From NCBI GenBank assembly GCA_046297495.1, contig JBKBIP010000001.1:201153-265152 (forward strand): a DNA stretch of 64,000 nucleotides. The letters are read 5' to 3'. The stretch is from Gemmataceae bacterium (lineage in GTDB: Bacteria > Planctomycetota > Planctomycetia > Gemmatales > Gemmataceae). Under the pieces are notes generated by a model. That model did no database searches and was not told where the DNA came from. It saw only the letters and a list, made by a program, of their open reading frames with translations. Shown here piece after piece: positions 10,659 through 20,148 of the stretch. How positions within the stretch are numbered: the first letter of the stretch is position 1; every line of letters begins with the position of its first letter. The position numbers and the translations under genes are program-made.

Positions 10659-10735
10659 CCCATCCTGCCCCACGAGACACAAGCGTTTCGCGTGGGGCAG
10701 GATGGGGATGTGTCTTTGTCCCTTCTTCCTTACCA
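10659..10735 (+). terminator. Rho-independent terminator of the giant gene
   Basis: A perfect 16-bp stem, cccatcctgccccacg / cgtggggcaggatggg, sits at 10659-10674 and 10691-10706, 11 nt after the stop codon. It is followed by a T-rich tail (tgtctttgtcccttcttcctt). Confidence 0.6.
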
Positions 10736-10888
10736 TTCACGCCAACCAGAAGCCGTCGCGGACAAATGCTGGTAGCGAGGCTTAAACTACCGTATCATAC
10801 CAAGCTGGCGAAGGTTCTCCGCGGGAACCGTGGTTCGCCGCGAAATGATCATCAACCATCGACGAGTTCATCGAATGGGAGGAATACC

Positions 10889-12421
10889 ATGTTCCATCGC
10901 TGTCGTTCGGCAGTGGTTGCCGGCGCCGCGGTCCTCTGGTTCGTGTCAGGTGGGATAGCTTGGGGGGAAACGCCGGCAACGATGTTCAAGGCCGGTTTCG
11001 CCGAGCGCGACATCACACCGGAAATCGGCATGGAAGCCCCAGGTGGGTACGGTAAATCGTACCACAAGACGTTGCACGACCCTTGCAAAGTACGGGCCGC
11101 CGTCTTTGACGATGGCCAAGCCCAAGTTGCCATCGTGGGGATCGACGCTCTCGGCATCCGCCGGCAGACGGTGTTGGCTGTACGTCGCAAGATTCACGAA
11201 AAGACCGGCATCCCAGAAAATGCGATTTTATTGGGGGCGTCGCACTCGCACTCGTCAGGACCGCTGGTGTGGATTTTGCCAGGGGAATATGATCACGCCT
11301 CCCAACTCGTGCAGCGCTTGGCCTATCAGCACTCCACCTGCGCCGATCCGAAATACGTGGCGCAAGTCGAACTGGCTATCGTGGATGCCGTTTGTCAAGC
11401 GCATGACCAGCGCGTGGCGGCCAAGGCGGGGGTCGGCAAGGGGATCGAGGATCGCGTTGCCTTCAATCGCCGCTTCCGCATGCGCGATGGCCGGACCATC
11501 ACGCATCCTGGCCAGGGAAACCCCGACATTCTCGAACCCGCTGGCCCGGTGGATCCCGAAGTTGGCGTCGTCGGCGTCTGGGATGAGAAGAACCAGCTGC
11601 GCGGATGTATCGTCAACTTCGCTTGTCATGCCACGACCAATCCCGGTGGCATCTCGGCTAATTACATTTATTACCTCGAAAAAGTGATTCAAGGCTACTA
11701 CGGCAAGGATACGGTCGTCGTCTTTCTGGCCGGGGCGTCCGGCGACATCACTCAGGTCGATAACCGCAGTCCCTACCGCCGGCCCGAACCCGAACGCTGG
11801 GCGCAGCTGGTCGGTGGTCGAGTCGGCGCGGAAGCGCTGAAAGTGCTCTTCAGCATCGAACCGGAAACATTGACCCCGATCGCCGCCAAGACCAAGGTAT
11901 GGCACATCCAACGCCGGGTGCCAGACCCGGAGCGCGTCAAGCAGGCCCTGGAGTTGGTGCAAAAAGACCCGCTCACGGTGGACCGCACCGAATGGACCTT
12001 CGCCAAGGAAATCGTCATGCTCGATGCCAAGTTGCAAAAGGAACCCAAGGCGGAAGTAGAAGTGCAGGCGATCCAGGTGGGACCGGCTATTTTCATCACC
12101 GACCCGGCGGAATACTTCTGCCAATTCGGCTTGGAACTCAAAGCGAAAAGTGGCTTCCCTTTCACCTTCCCCGTGTCGCTGGCCAACGGTTGTGTCGGCT
12201 ACGTGCCTACGGCAGACGCCTTTGGTCCGCAAGGGGGCGGTTATGAGACGCGCTTGACCAGTTACAGCAATTTGGAGATCACCGCCGGCGACCAGATGCG
12301 CGACGCCGGCCTGGAGCTGGCCCGCCAACTTAAGCCTGGCGCCGTCCCACGCCCGCCCCAGCCGCCGCCGTTTACCGGCCAGCCGTGGACGTATGGCAAT
12401 GTGAAGCCCGAGTTGAAGTGA
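10889..12421 (+). CDS. Neutral/alkaline ceramidase-family hydrolase with a Sec signal peptide
   Basis: The GGAGG RBS at 10877-10881 sits 7 nt before the ATG at 10889. The product begins MFHRCRSAVVAGAAVLWF (signal peptide). The LLGASHSHSSGPL motif matches the neutral ceramidase N-terminal GASHTHSGP block. The ORF-track start at 10766 is probably too far upstream. Confidence 0.7.
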   Translation: MFHRCRSAVVAGAAVLWFVSGGIAWGETPATMFKAGFAERDITPEIGMEAPGGYGKSYHKTLHDPCKVRAAVFDDGQAQVAIVGIDALGIRRQTVLAVRRKIHEKTGIPENAILLGASHSHSSGPLVWILPGEYDHASQLVQRLAYQHSTCADPKYVAQVELAIVDAVCQAHDQRVAAKAGVGKGIEDRVAFNRRFRMRDGRTITHPGQGNPDILEPAGPVDPEVGVVGVWDEKNQLRGCIVNFACHATTNPGGISANYIYYLEKVIQGYYGKDTVVVFLAGASGDITQVDNRSPYRRPEPERWAQLVGGRVGAEALKVLFSIEPETLTPIAAKTKVWHIQRRVPDPERVKQALELVQKDPLTVDRTEWTFAKEIVMLDAKLQKEPKAEVEVQAIQVGPAIFITDPAEYFCQFGLELKAKSGFPFTFPVSLANGCVGYVPTADAFGPQGGGYETRLTSYSNLEITAGDQMRDAGLELARQLKPGAVPRPPQPPPFTGQPWTYGNVKPELK

Positions 12422-12467
12422 TCCAGGCATTCCACCATCACTAGGCAATACGAATGGAGACATTCTT

Positions 12468-13820
12468 ATGACTCTCAATCGGCGCGATTGGCTCGGCGTG
12501 GCGTTCGGCGGTGCCGCTTTATCGCTATCGAATGACAATCTATGGGCTGAGGAAGCGCGGCGAGCCGCTCCGCTTACCATAACTGGCATGAAGGTGACAC
12601 CGATTGCCTTGCCGGACCCGCCCATTCTGGCGGCGGGCGGCTGTCACGGGCCGTATTTTCTCCGCAATGTCCTGCAATTGGAGACCGACGCCGGTATCGT
12701 CGGCATCGGCGAAACCCGGGGCGGCCAACGTCTGACGGATGCTCTGGAAAAGGCCAAGGCTCTGGTCATTGGCAAAAACGCCTTCGCTTACCGCGCTTTC
12801 GCCAAGGAGCTGACCGCTCTCAATCCAGCCTGTTACGCCGGTGTCGAGCTGGCTTGTCTGGATGCCTGTGGCAAAGCCACCGGCCGTCGGCTGTGCGAGC
12901 TGCTGGGCGGGCCGCTGAGCGCGGAGGTCGAATTTTCCGCTTACCTCTTCTACCGCTACGCCGCCGATCACCCGGCCATCTTGGCGGACAAACGCATTGT
13001 CGATAATCGCGGCAAGGGGGACAAGGCTCTCGACGATTGGGGGGAAGTCCGCACGCCGCAAGCGATGGTCGAGGAAGCGGTTCGTTTTCACAAGCAATGG
13101 GGCTTCCGCAACTTCAAACTCAAGGCCGGCGTGTTGTCTCCCGATGCCGAGCTAGAGACCATGAAAGGGATGCAAGCCCGATTCGGCGGCCAATATCCCT
13201 TGCGCATCGACCCCAATGGCCGATGGAAGGTCGATACCGCCATTCGCATCGGCAAGCAGCTCCGCGATCTGAACCTCGAATATTACGAAGATCCCGTGGT
13301 GGGCCAGGAAGACATGGCAGCGGTGCGCAAAGCCACCGGCTTGCCCATGAGTACCAATATGTGCGTCACACGCTTCGAGCATGTGCCGGATGCCGTGCGT
13401 TTGCAGCCAGTGGATTTCGTGCTGTGCGATCATCATGGCTGGGGAGGCATCCCGGCATGTCAAGAGTTAGGGCGGATATGCGAAACCTTCGGCTGGGTCA
13501 TGAGCCAGCACAGCAACAACCACGCGGGCATCACCATGGCCGCCATGATCCACGTCGGCGCCATCTGCCCTAGTCTGACCGCCGCCAGCGACACACACTA
13601 TGTCTGGCTGATCGACTCGGCCGACATCATCACCGGTGGCAAGCTCCCCATCCGCGACGGCAAGATGAAAGTCCCCACCGCCCCCGGCCTCGGTGTCGAA
13701 CTGGACCTGGACCAACTGGCCCGCGCCCACGAAACCTACCGCAAATGCGGCATGCGCGAACGGGACGACGCCGCCACCATGCGCATGGTCGAGCCGGGCT
13801 GGGAGCGGAATTTGTTTTGA
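12468..13820 (+). CDS. Enolase-superfamily enzyme, glucarate dehydratase-like, with an N-terminal twin-arginine (Tat) signal
   Basis: N-terminal MTLNRRDWLGVAFGGAALSL. Motifs FKLKAGV, RIDPNGRW and YYEDP resemble GudD/GlucD-related proteins. The GGAGAC RBS lies upstream of the ATG. Confidence 0.7.
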   Translation: MTLNRRDWLGVAFGGAALSLSNDNLWAEEARRAAPLTITGMKVTPIALPDPPILAAGGCHGPYFLRNVLQLETDAGIVGIGETRGGQRLTDALEKAKALVIGKNAFAYRAFAKELTALNPACYAGVELACLDACGKATGRRLCELLGGPLSAEVEFSAYLFYRYAADHPAILADKRIVDNRGKGDKALDDWGEVRTPQAMVEEAVRFHKQWGFRNFKLKAGVLSPDAELETMKGMQARFGGQYPLRIDPNGRWKVDTAIRIGKQLRDLNLEYYEDPVVGQEDMAAVRKATGLPMSTNMCVTRFEHVPDAVRLQPVDFVLCDHHGWGGIPACQELGRICETFGWVMSQHSNNHAGITMAAMIHVGAICPSLTAASDTHYVWLIDSADIITGGKLPIRDGKMKVPTAPGLGVELDLDQLARAHETYRKCGMRERDDAATMRMVEPGWERNLF

Positions 13821-13845
13821 TGACGAAAAAAGAATTCCAATGTGC

Positions 13846-13867
13846 GGGTCATTGGCGAGACGGACAC
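13846..13867. terminator. Hairpin between convergent genes
   Basis: ggcgaga-cggacacc-tctcgcc, a 7-bp stem, sits between the enolase (+) stop and the HEAT/cytochrome (-) stop. Confidence 0.3.
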
Positions 13868-13908
13868 CTCTCGCCAAATAGTCGCTTGCATCATCTTGAA
13901 GTCGTGTC

Positions 13909-15690
13909 TCACGGCCCGCCCACGAAGGCGGCTTGGGCCGTCGCCCCTACTCGGCCTAGATCGACGCGGATGGTGGGGGATGGGCGTTGCGTGGTGTCGA
14001 TGCGCAAGATGAGGGGATAGCGTCCCTGGTCCAGATCGAGCAACGCCGGCCCTTTTAAGGGCAGCGGCTTGTCGCCGAGCCACCAGGTGACGCCGGATGG
14101 CTCATCGAGCTTCAATTCGACTCGTCCCGCCCCTTTTACTTCTAGCTCGCCTTGCAAATAGACAATTTTGTGCTTGGCGAGCGTGGCCGCTTCCGCCAAG
14201 GGCACCGCCCCGGACACCTGGGAATACAGCGGCTGCCAGCGGGAAGCGTCTCCTTCCAGGACATGCTCGCTGATAGTTTCCTCATCGGGCACATCCGCCA
14301 ACAATTCTTGCGGCGCGTCACGCAACACGCGCCAACGGCGCAGCGTTGGGGACAATTGAATGGCGTAATCCCCCGGCTTGCCGAGGACCGACAGGAACCG
14401 CACCAGGTCGATCAGCTCGCCGCGCGTCATGAAGTTGGCCAAGCCGCTGGGCATCAGCGAATTCCCTTTCAGGCGCTCCTCAATGTCAGCGGCGGGGATG
14501 GTGAGCGGTTGGCCGTTGGCGTCCTTGAGCACCAACCGCTGATCATTCTCATCGACGACGATGCCTTGCAAAATCTTGCCGTCGCTGGTCAGCACCTTGA
14601 TGGTTTGAAATTCCTCCTTGATGTCCTGATCCGGAAGCAGAATCGATTTGAGCAGATAATCCGGCGGGGAAGAGGTGCCGATGTCGCGCAAATCGGGGCC
14701 GACGTTACCGCCAGCGCCATTGAGCGCGTGGCATTTCAAGCAGCTGAGATCGGCCCGACGGAAGACCTGCTCGCCGCGCGCCGGGTCGCCATGGGCCAGC
14801 ACGTCGTCGATGAGCTGGTTAATTTCCTTATCACTGAGCGGCGGGGGGGTCAAGCTAATGCCAGCGGCGTCGCTCAGCACCGAGGCCAAAGCGTCATCCG
14901 AGCGACCCACGGAATACATGTAGCGCAGACAGAGTTTGGCCACATCGACGGGCAGCTTCTGTTTCTTCAGCGCCGCGCCGAGCTTTTCGGGTCCCCCTTG
15001 CAAATCGAGAAAGGCGGCGACGATGGGGGCGGGATCGTCTTGTTCGGTTCCCTGAGCCAGCGCCGCCGCCGCCCGCTCCGAGGCCATGTCGGCATCGAGC
15101 TGGGCCAAAGCGGCAATCGCCACGTAGCGGAGCTTTTGGGGATGATCGGGCGTGGTCAGCTTGTCGATGGCGGCGCGGCTTTCCTGGCCGCCCAGACGCA
15201 CTAAGCCGTCAATGGCCGCGCGCCGCACGTTGTCACTTGTGGTTGGGGACAAGGCCAGCGTTTGCAGGTCGCCGCGCGATTCTTGCACTTTCCACAAGCC
15301 CACCAAGCGTAACGCCGCCAACCGAGTCGCGGGCGATAGTTTCGTCTTCGGGTCCAGCAGCTCGCCGAGCCGAGCCAGGTCCCCCGCCGGGATCACCTTG
15401 CGCGTGGCGGCAGCGTCGGCCAATTCCTGTAACGCCAGCAACCGTAGCTGGGGCGTGAAAGCGTCCGCTCGCAGACAGCGCTCAAACACATATTGCAAAT
15501 CTTGCGCGTCACCCCGTTGGCAGATAAGCTTGACGACGGTGTCCTGTCGCTCCGGCGGGATGCGTCCCCCTTCCAGCAGCTTGATGAGCGCTGCCGCCGG
15601 GGACGTTTGCGCGTGCAACGGCAGTGAGGAGCAGCAAAAACCAAACAGCAAGAGTGTGGAAGAAAGCAAATATCGCATACACGTCACCAT
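13909..15690 (-). CDS. PVC-type HEAT-repeat protein with a C-terminal c-type cytochrome domain (CxxCH)
   Basis: Signal peptide MRYLLSSTLLLFGFCCSSLPLHA. A HEAT-like alpha-repeat region follows. The CLKCH heme-binding motif is followed by GPDL...LLPDQDI...LMPSGLANF, typical of planctomycete cytochrome c domains. The true start is probably the second ATG, at 15678. Confidence 0.75.
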   Translation of the reverse strand: MVTCMRYLLSSTLLLFGFCCSSLPLHAQTSPAAALIKLLEGGRIPPERQDTVVKLICQRGDAQDLQYVFERCLRADAFTPQLRLLALQELADAAATRKVIPAGDLARLGELLDPKTKLSPATRLAALRLVGLWKVQESRGDLQTLALSPTTSDNVRRAAIDGLVRLGGQESRAAIDKLTTPDHPQKLRYVAIAALAQLDADMASERAAAALAQGTEQDDPAPIVAAFLDLQGGPEKLGAALKKQKLPVDVAKLCLRYMYSVGRSDDALASVLSDAAGISLTPPPLSDKEINQLIDDVLAHGDPARGEQVFRRADLSCLKCHALNGAGGNVGPDLRDIGTSSPPDYLLKSILLPDQDIKEEFQTIKVLTSDGKILQGIVVDENDQRLVLKDANGQPLTIPAADIEERLKGNSLMPSGLANFMTRGELIDLVRFLSVLGKPGDYAIQLSPTLRRWRVLRDAPQELLADVPDEETISEHVLEGDASRWQPLYSQVSGAVPLAEAATLAKHKIVYLQGELEVKGAGRVELKLDEPSGVTWWLGDKPLPLKGPALLDLDQGRYPLILRIDTTQRPSPTIRVDLGRVGATAQAAFVGGP

Positions 15691-15770
15691 TTTTATTGGG
15701 TGGGAGATTCACGCCTCCGCGTTAGCGAATGGCCGCGCGCACTGAAGGATTCCGAAACCTGGCCACGGCC

Positions 15771-18395
15771 TCACTTCTTCGCCGTCAGCCGGCGGTCGAG
15801 CGTGTTCAGCGTTTCCTTCAGGGTGTATTCCAGGTAGTAATCTTGCGGATGGGCCAGCGATTCGAGGGCGACGTCTTGAGCCTCCGGCACGTCGAAGAAG
15901 CTCAGGGCACGCACCGCTTCCAGACGCACGCGCGGGTGCTCGTCGTTGACCTGCGTTCGCAGCAGCTCTAGCGGCTGAGCGACGCGGTCACGCCAGTAGC
16001 AAAGCACGCGGGTAGCGGCGGCGCGGGCGCGATAATCGGGCGCGGTGAGCAGCTGCTTCAAGAGCGCCGTGTTGACTACGTCATGATGTTGGCACACCCA
16101 CAGAGCTTCCAACAGATGATGAGGATATTCCTTGTCCTTCTTATCCAAGCCGGCAATCCACTTATCCAGCTCGGCCATGACGGTCTTGGTCTCGTGCAGC
16201 CGCAATTCCAGGCGGGCGCGGTAGCGGGTGCGGTCCTCGTATTCCTTGAGCAGCTCGAGCAAGGCGGGGACCGGCTGGCCAGCGATGTCAGCCGGCTTCA
16301 GCAGCGGCTTGTGTTTGTAGGTGATCCGCCAGATGCGGCCGTGCGATTTGTCACGGTTGGGATCGCGCAGTGAGTGTTGCATGTGGCCGATCAACGGGTT
16401 GAACCAGTCGCAGATGTACAGCGCGCCATCGGGACCGAAGACCAGATCAACCGGGCGGAAATTCGGATCGGATGAACGCAACAGCGGCTCGACCGGATCA
16501 GCGGCGAAGCCGGAATCCTTGTCCTTCATCTTGTATTGCAACACCCCTAAAAAGCCGATGGTGTTGTTCAGCAGATAATTCCCTTGCATCTCGTCGGGAA
16601 AATGCCGGCTCGACACCAGCTCACAGCCGCACGTCGGCCGCCATTGCTTGGTCAAGAATTCCTGCATCCGAGGATGTTTGTTCGGATAATCGACCTGTCC
16701 GGAGAAAGCGGTGCCGTAGTAATTGGCCCCGCCGGAGGCGTCGGCGACGAAATTCTGGCCCCAGCGGTCGAACACATGCCCCCACGGATTGGCGAACGGA
16801 TACGACACGAAGATGTCGAATTTCTCGGTGCGCGGCTCATAGCGGAAAACACCGGCGTTCTTGAGCCGCCGCGGGCCGTAAGGGGTTTCGACCTGCGTGT
16901 GATGAAAAGTCCCTTCCTGGAAATACAGAGCACCCCCCGGTCCCCATTGAAACGTGCTGATGGCATGGTGCGAGTCGGCGGTATCGAACCCGTGCAGGAT
17001 GATTTCCTTGCTATCCGCCTTGCCGTCGCCGGTAGTGTCCTTGAGGAACACCAGATTGGGTTGTTGGGCCACGTAGGCGCCGCCGTCCCCCAACTCAATG
17101 CCGGTGGGAATGTGCAGCTTGTCGGCGAACACTTGGCACGAATCCGCCTTGCCGTCGCCGGTGGTGTCTTCCAGGATCAGCACCTTGTCATCGACTGGCT
17201 TACCTGGGAAATACATCGGATACGACTGCATGGTGCAAACGAACAGCCGCCCCTTATTGTCGAAGGCGAATTGCACCGGATTTTGCAGTTCGGGGAAGTC
17301 CACTTCCGAGGCGAACAGGTTGATCTCGAACCCCTCTGGCAAGGTGAATTTCTTGGCGGCTTCTTCCGGCGGCGTGATGGTAATCGTCCCCTTGAAATTC
17401 GTGACAATGGGGGACAGCTCGCCCGTGTTGCTGTCGTCGATCTGGTCGGGGACCAGCTGCCCCTGCGCCACGGACCAGATGCGGCGGTCGCGGTTGGCGA
17501 TCATTTTTCGCAGTTTCTGAAATTCCTCCGGGAAATTGACGATGCCAAAAGGAGCCTTGCGACCACCGTAGATGTAATAGCCGTTGACTGCTCGATGATC
17601 GTAAAAGAATTGGAGATTCTTTTCATTCACTTCTCGGCGCAGCTTGTCCAGATCGATCTTGCTCGCCACGGCGGGGCGGGGGCCGAACAGGGCCTCGTCC
17701 AGAATGGGGGCCAGGCGACTATAGCCGTAATCGGTCAAGTGGATACCGTTAAAGGTCCACTGGCGCGCCCCTTGGGACATGAGCTGGCGGGTGGGGGTGA
17801 ACAGATCGACGAACAGCACCCCTTGCTTGGCGGCGATCCGGTTCATGGCGTCGGTGTACAATTGGATGTTCTTGTTGTTGGCCGAGCCATCGGTGACACC
17901 GGGACGACCGGTATTTTCCTGCGCGATGGGGGAAACCAGCACCAGCCGCGGCGCCGCCTTGCCGTTGTACTTGGTCGTGGTGGTGTCCGTGATGAACTTG
18001 GCGAGGTCCGCCTCGAACTTACTCAACCCCGCCGGGCCGGCAAACGACTCATTGAAGCCGAAGAAAGCCAGGATCACATCCGGTTGATGATCCTTGAGCG
18101 TGTGGCCATGATGATCGAAATTCAGCGACCGGGGCCGCAACGTCAGCTCGTCCGCCGACCAGCCGAGGTTGCGGACGACTAATTCCAGTTCGGGGAATCG
18201 GCTGTGCAACAACGTCTCGAAATGGCCGAAATACTGCTCGCGCTCGGCCAAGGTATTGCCGATCAAAACAATGCGATCCCCCTTGTTTAGCTCCAACTGT
18301 CGCGGAGCGTCGCTATCAGGCGCCGCCGGCACCAAGCGCGACAACAGCGCAAGCGCCACGACCGAAACAATACCCATACGCAATTTCGTCATCAT
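15771..18395 (-). CDS. PVC-type multidomain protein: SGNH/GDSL-like hydrolase N-domain, a putative membrane-bound dehydrogenase (beta-propeller) domain, and C-terminal HEAT repeats
   Basis: N-terminal signal peptide. DRIVLIGNTLAEREQYFG...VILAFFGFNE is an SGNH-like block in which GNTL replaces GDSL. The central region is similar to the dehydrogenase domain of the 22342-25455 protein (DFPELQNPV...FDNKGRLFV...DGKADS). The C-terminus is HEAT-like (RVRLEAVRALSFF). There is no CxxCH motif. Confidence 0.7.
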   Translation of the reverse strand: MMTKLRMGIVSVVALALLSRLVPAAPDSDAPRQLELNKGDRIVLIGNTLAEREQYFGHFETLLHSRFPELELVVRNLGWSADELTLRPRSLNFDHHGHTLKDHQPDVILAFFGFNESFAGPAGLSKFEADLAKFITDTTTTKYNGKAAPRLVLVSPIAQENTGRPGVTDGSANNKNIQLYTDAMNRIAAKQGVLFVDLFTPTRQLMSQGARQWTFNGIHLTDYGYSRLAPILDEALFGPRPAVASKIDLDKLRREVNEKNLQFFYDHRAVNGYYIYGGRKAPFGIVNFPEEFQKLRKMIANRDRRIWSVAQGQLVPDQIDDSNTGELSPIVTNFKGTITITPPEEAAKKFTLPEGFEINLFASEVDFPELQNPVQFAFDNKGRLFVCTMQSYPMYFPGKPVDDKVLILEDTTGDGKADSCQVFADKLHIPTGIELGDGGAYVAQQPNLVFLKDTTGDGKADSKEIILHGFDTADSHHAISTFQWGPGGALYFQEGTFHHTQVETPYGPRRLKNAGVFRYEPRTEKFDIFVSYPFANPWGHVFDRWGQNFVADASGGANYYGTAFSGQVDYPNKHPRMQEFLTKQWRPTCGCELVSSRHFPDEMQGNYLLNNTIGFLGVLQYKMKDKDSGFAADPVEPLLRSSDPNFRPVDLVFGPDGALYICDWFNPLIGHMQHSLRDPNRDKSHGRIWRITYKHKPLLKPADIAGQPVPALLELLKEYEDRTRYRARLELRLHETKTVMAELDKWIAGLDKKDKEYPHHLLEALWVCQHHDVVNTALLKQLLTAPDYRARAAATRVLCYWRDRVAQPLELLRTQVNDEHPRVRLEAVRALSFFDVPEAQDVALESLAHPQDYYLEYTLKETLNTLDRRLTAKK

Positions 18396-18670
18396 GATGT
18401 CTCACTTGTTGGCAGGGTCTAACCGGATCACGAACACGACGGCGAGCGCCGTTCGCCGGTAGGATGGCCGGTAGTAATAGCATAATGATAACGCATTTCC
18501 AAGTCTTAGCAAAAGTTTCTTGAAAAGGTCGCGGGTGTTGGGTGTGCGGCGGATACTTGGGTGGAAAATGCTGCTCGTTCTGGATCTGCTGTTGGTGAGC
18601 GCGAAACGATGCCTCTGGTCATGGTAGGCGCATGTTTCATTCCATGCTAATTACCTGTCAGCTTGAAAAA

Positions 18671-18680
18671 GGGGGGGGGG
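18671..18680. repeat. G10 homopolymer in a divergent intergenic region
   Basis: gaaaaa-gggggggggg-tgatgtgg. It lies between the start of the SGNH/HEAT gene (18395, -) and the SDR gene (18997, +), in a locally AT-rich stretch. Confidence 0.9.
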
Positions 18681-18996
18681 TGATGTGGAATGGAACAATG
18701 AAAGGAAGGAAACTTCTCAACTTTTTATATTGTACACAAGTTCACTGAAGCAGTCAATAGGAAGGCATGGGTGAAAGGGGATTTTTTCTCATTTCGAGGC
18801 CGCGGGCTTCCTCCTAAGTACAGGAAGCACACCCGCGTTTGTCCACGGCGGAAGCGGTACGACCGTATTATCGCCCCCCTCCGGTTCCGCGATGGCCGGG
18901 GAGCGGCGCGGATGGCCGGTTCTTGGCTGCTCCTGGCTGGAAAAATTCGGTAAAGTATCAGAAACTACAACCAGCGGTTCAGGGAGCGGAAGTATC

Positions 18997-19872
18997 ATGA
19001 AGCGGGACCTAACCGGCAAAATCATCCTCATCACTGGGGCATCGAGCGGCATTGGGCGGGCATTGGCGGAGGCGACGGCCCAAGTAGGCATGCGCGTGGC
19101 CATCGCGGCGCGGTCGGCGGACTCGATTACCGAGTTGGCGGAGCGGCTCAACCGCGCCGGCGGCACGGTGCTGGCCATTCCCGCCGACGTGACCAAGCCG
19201 GCGGATCGCCAACGCCTGCTCGCCGCCGTGGTCGAGCGCTACGGCGGGCTGGACATCTTGCTCAACAACGCCGGCATCGGCACGCAAGGGCATTTCGCCT
19301 ACTCCAGCGAGGAGATTCTACGGCGGATCATGGAGACCAATTTTTTCGCCCCCAGCGAGCTGATCCGCCTGGCCATTCCGATTTTGGAAAAAGGCCGGCA
19401 GCCGGCGATCGTGAATGTGACATCCATGTGCGGGCGCCGGGCCATGCCGGCCTGGCCGGAATATTCCGCCAGCAAGCACGCCATCATTGGCTTGTCGGAG
19501 GCGCTGCGGGCCGAGCTGGTGCGCTACGGCATCGATGTCCTGGTCGTGGTACCCGGCTTGACCAACACCAACTTGGACAAGCACCTGCTGCGCCAGGATG
19601 GCCGGATGGTCATTGACTATCGCAAAGGCATGAAGCCCGAGCGAGTGGCCCAAAACATCCTCACGATCATGCGCCGCAACCAAAGCGAAACCGTGCTCGG
19701 CAGGGAAGCCCGGGCCGTCCTGTGGACGAATCGCTTATGGCCGCGCCTGGTGGATTATCTGCTGGCCCGGTTCGTGCGCCGCCTGTACGCTCGGCTGGCG
19801 GCCCAAGAAGCACGCCAGAAAGAATTGGTGGATGCCGCTGTTACTTCACCCCCGCCACCGGATGGCGATTGA
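18997..19872 (+). CDS. Short-chain dehydrogenase/reductase (SDR)
   Basis: KIILITGASSGIGRALAE Rossmann motif. NNAG and YSASK (the catalytic Y..K) are present. The internal ATG at 18997 follows ggagcggaag. The ORF-track start at 18892 is probably too far upstream. Confidence 0.8.
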   Translation: MKRDLTGKIILITGASSGIGRALAEATAQVGMRVAIAARSADSITELAERLNRAGGTVLAIPADVTKPADRQRLLAAVVERYGGLDILLNNAGIGTQGHFAYSSEEILRRIMETNFFAPSELIRLAIPILEKGRQPAIVNVTSMCGRRAMPAWPEYSASKHAIIGLSEALRAELVRYGIDVLVVVPGLTNTNLDKHLLRQDGRMVIDYRKGMKPERVAQNILTIMRRNQSETVLGREARAVLWTNRLWPRLVDYLLARFVRRLYARLAAQEARQKELVDAAVTSPPPPDGD

Positions 19873-20148
19873 TCCGTGAAGGCTCCCCGTGCACCGTTGG
19901 AAATCGCTACTTGCCGATGGCTGTTTTCTGCTGGGTTTGATCAGCCTGGGCGCTGGCGCCATGTTCTTGGCACAAAATTTCGACCATCTCGCCGCGCGCC
20001 AGCGCGGCCAACTCGTGGGGCCGAGGCATTGCCTGACGCTTGCTTGAACAACACATAGACGCGATTGCAAGGGTTATGGGGTACATGGCCAACGTGACGA
20101 AGCACGGCACGTTGGCCACGTGCCCCATGAATTGGTCGAAACCGGCCC

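Noticed and set aside
319-10663. Many antisense and alternative-frame ORFs of 60-550 aa inside the giant gene (e.g. 4907..6565 -, 9092..10663 -, 2081..2764 -)
   Set aside because: They are typical GC-rich-genome shadow ORFs. They have no RBS or domain signal and lie antisense to a strongly supported repeat-protein frame.
10518-10775. Small Arg-rich ORFs in the 10.65-10.89-kb intergenic region
   Set aside because: They are low-complexity translations of the terminator hairpin and promoter region, with no RBS.
16584-18182. 532-aa plus-strand ORF overlapping the SGNH/HEAT gene
   Set aside because: It lies antisense to a well-supported multidomain gene, has no recognisable motifs, and has an Arg/Gly/Val-rich GC-artefact composition.
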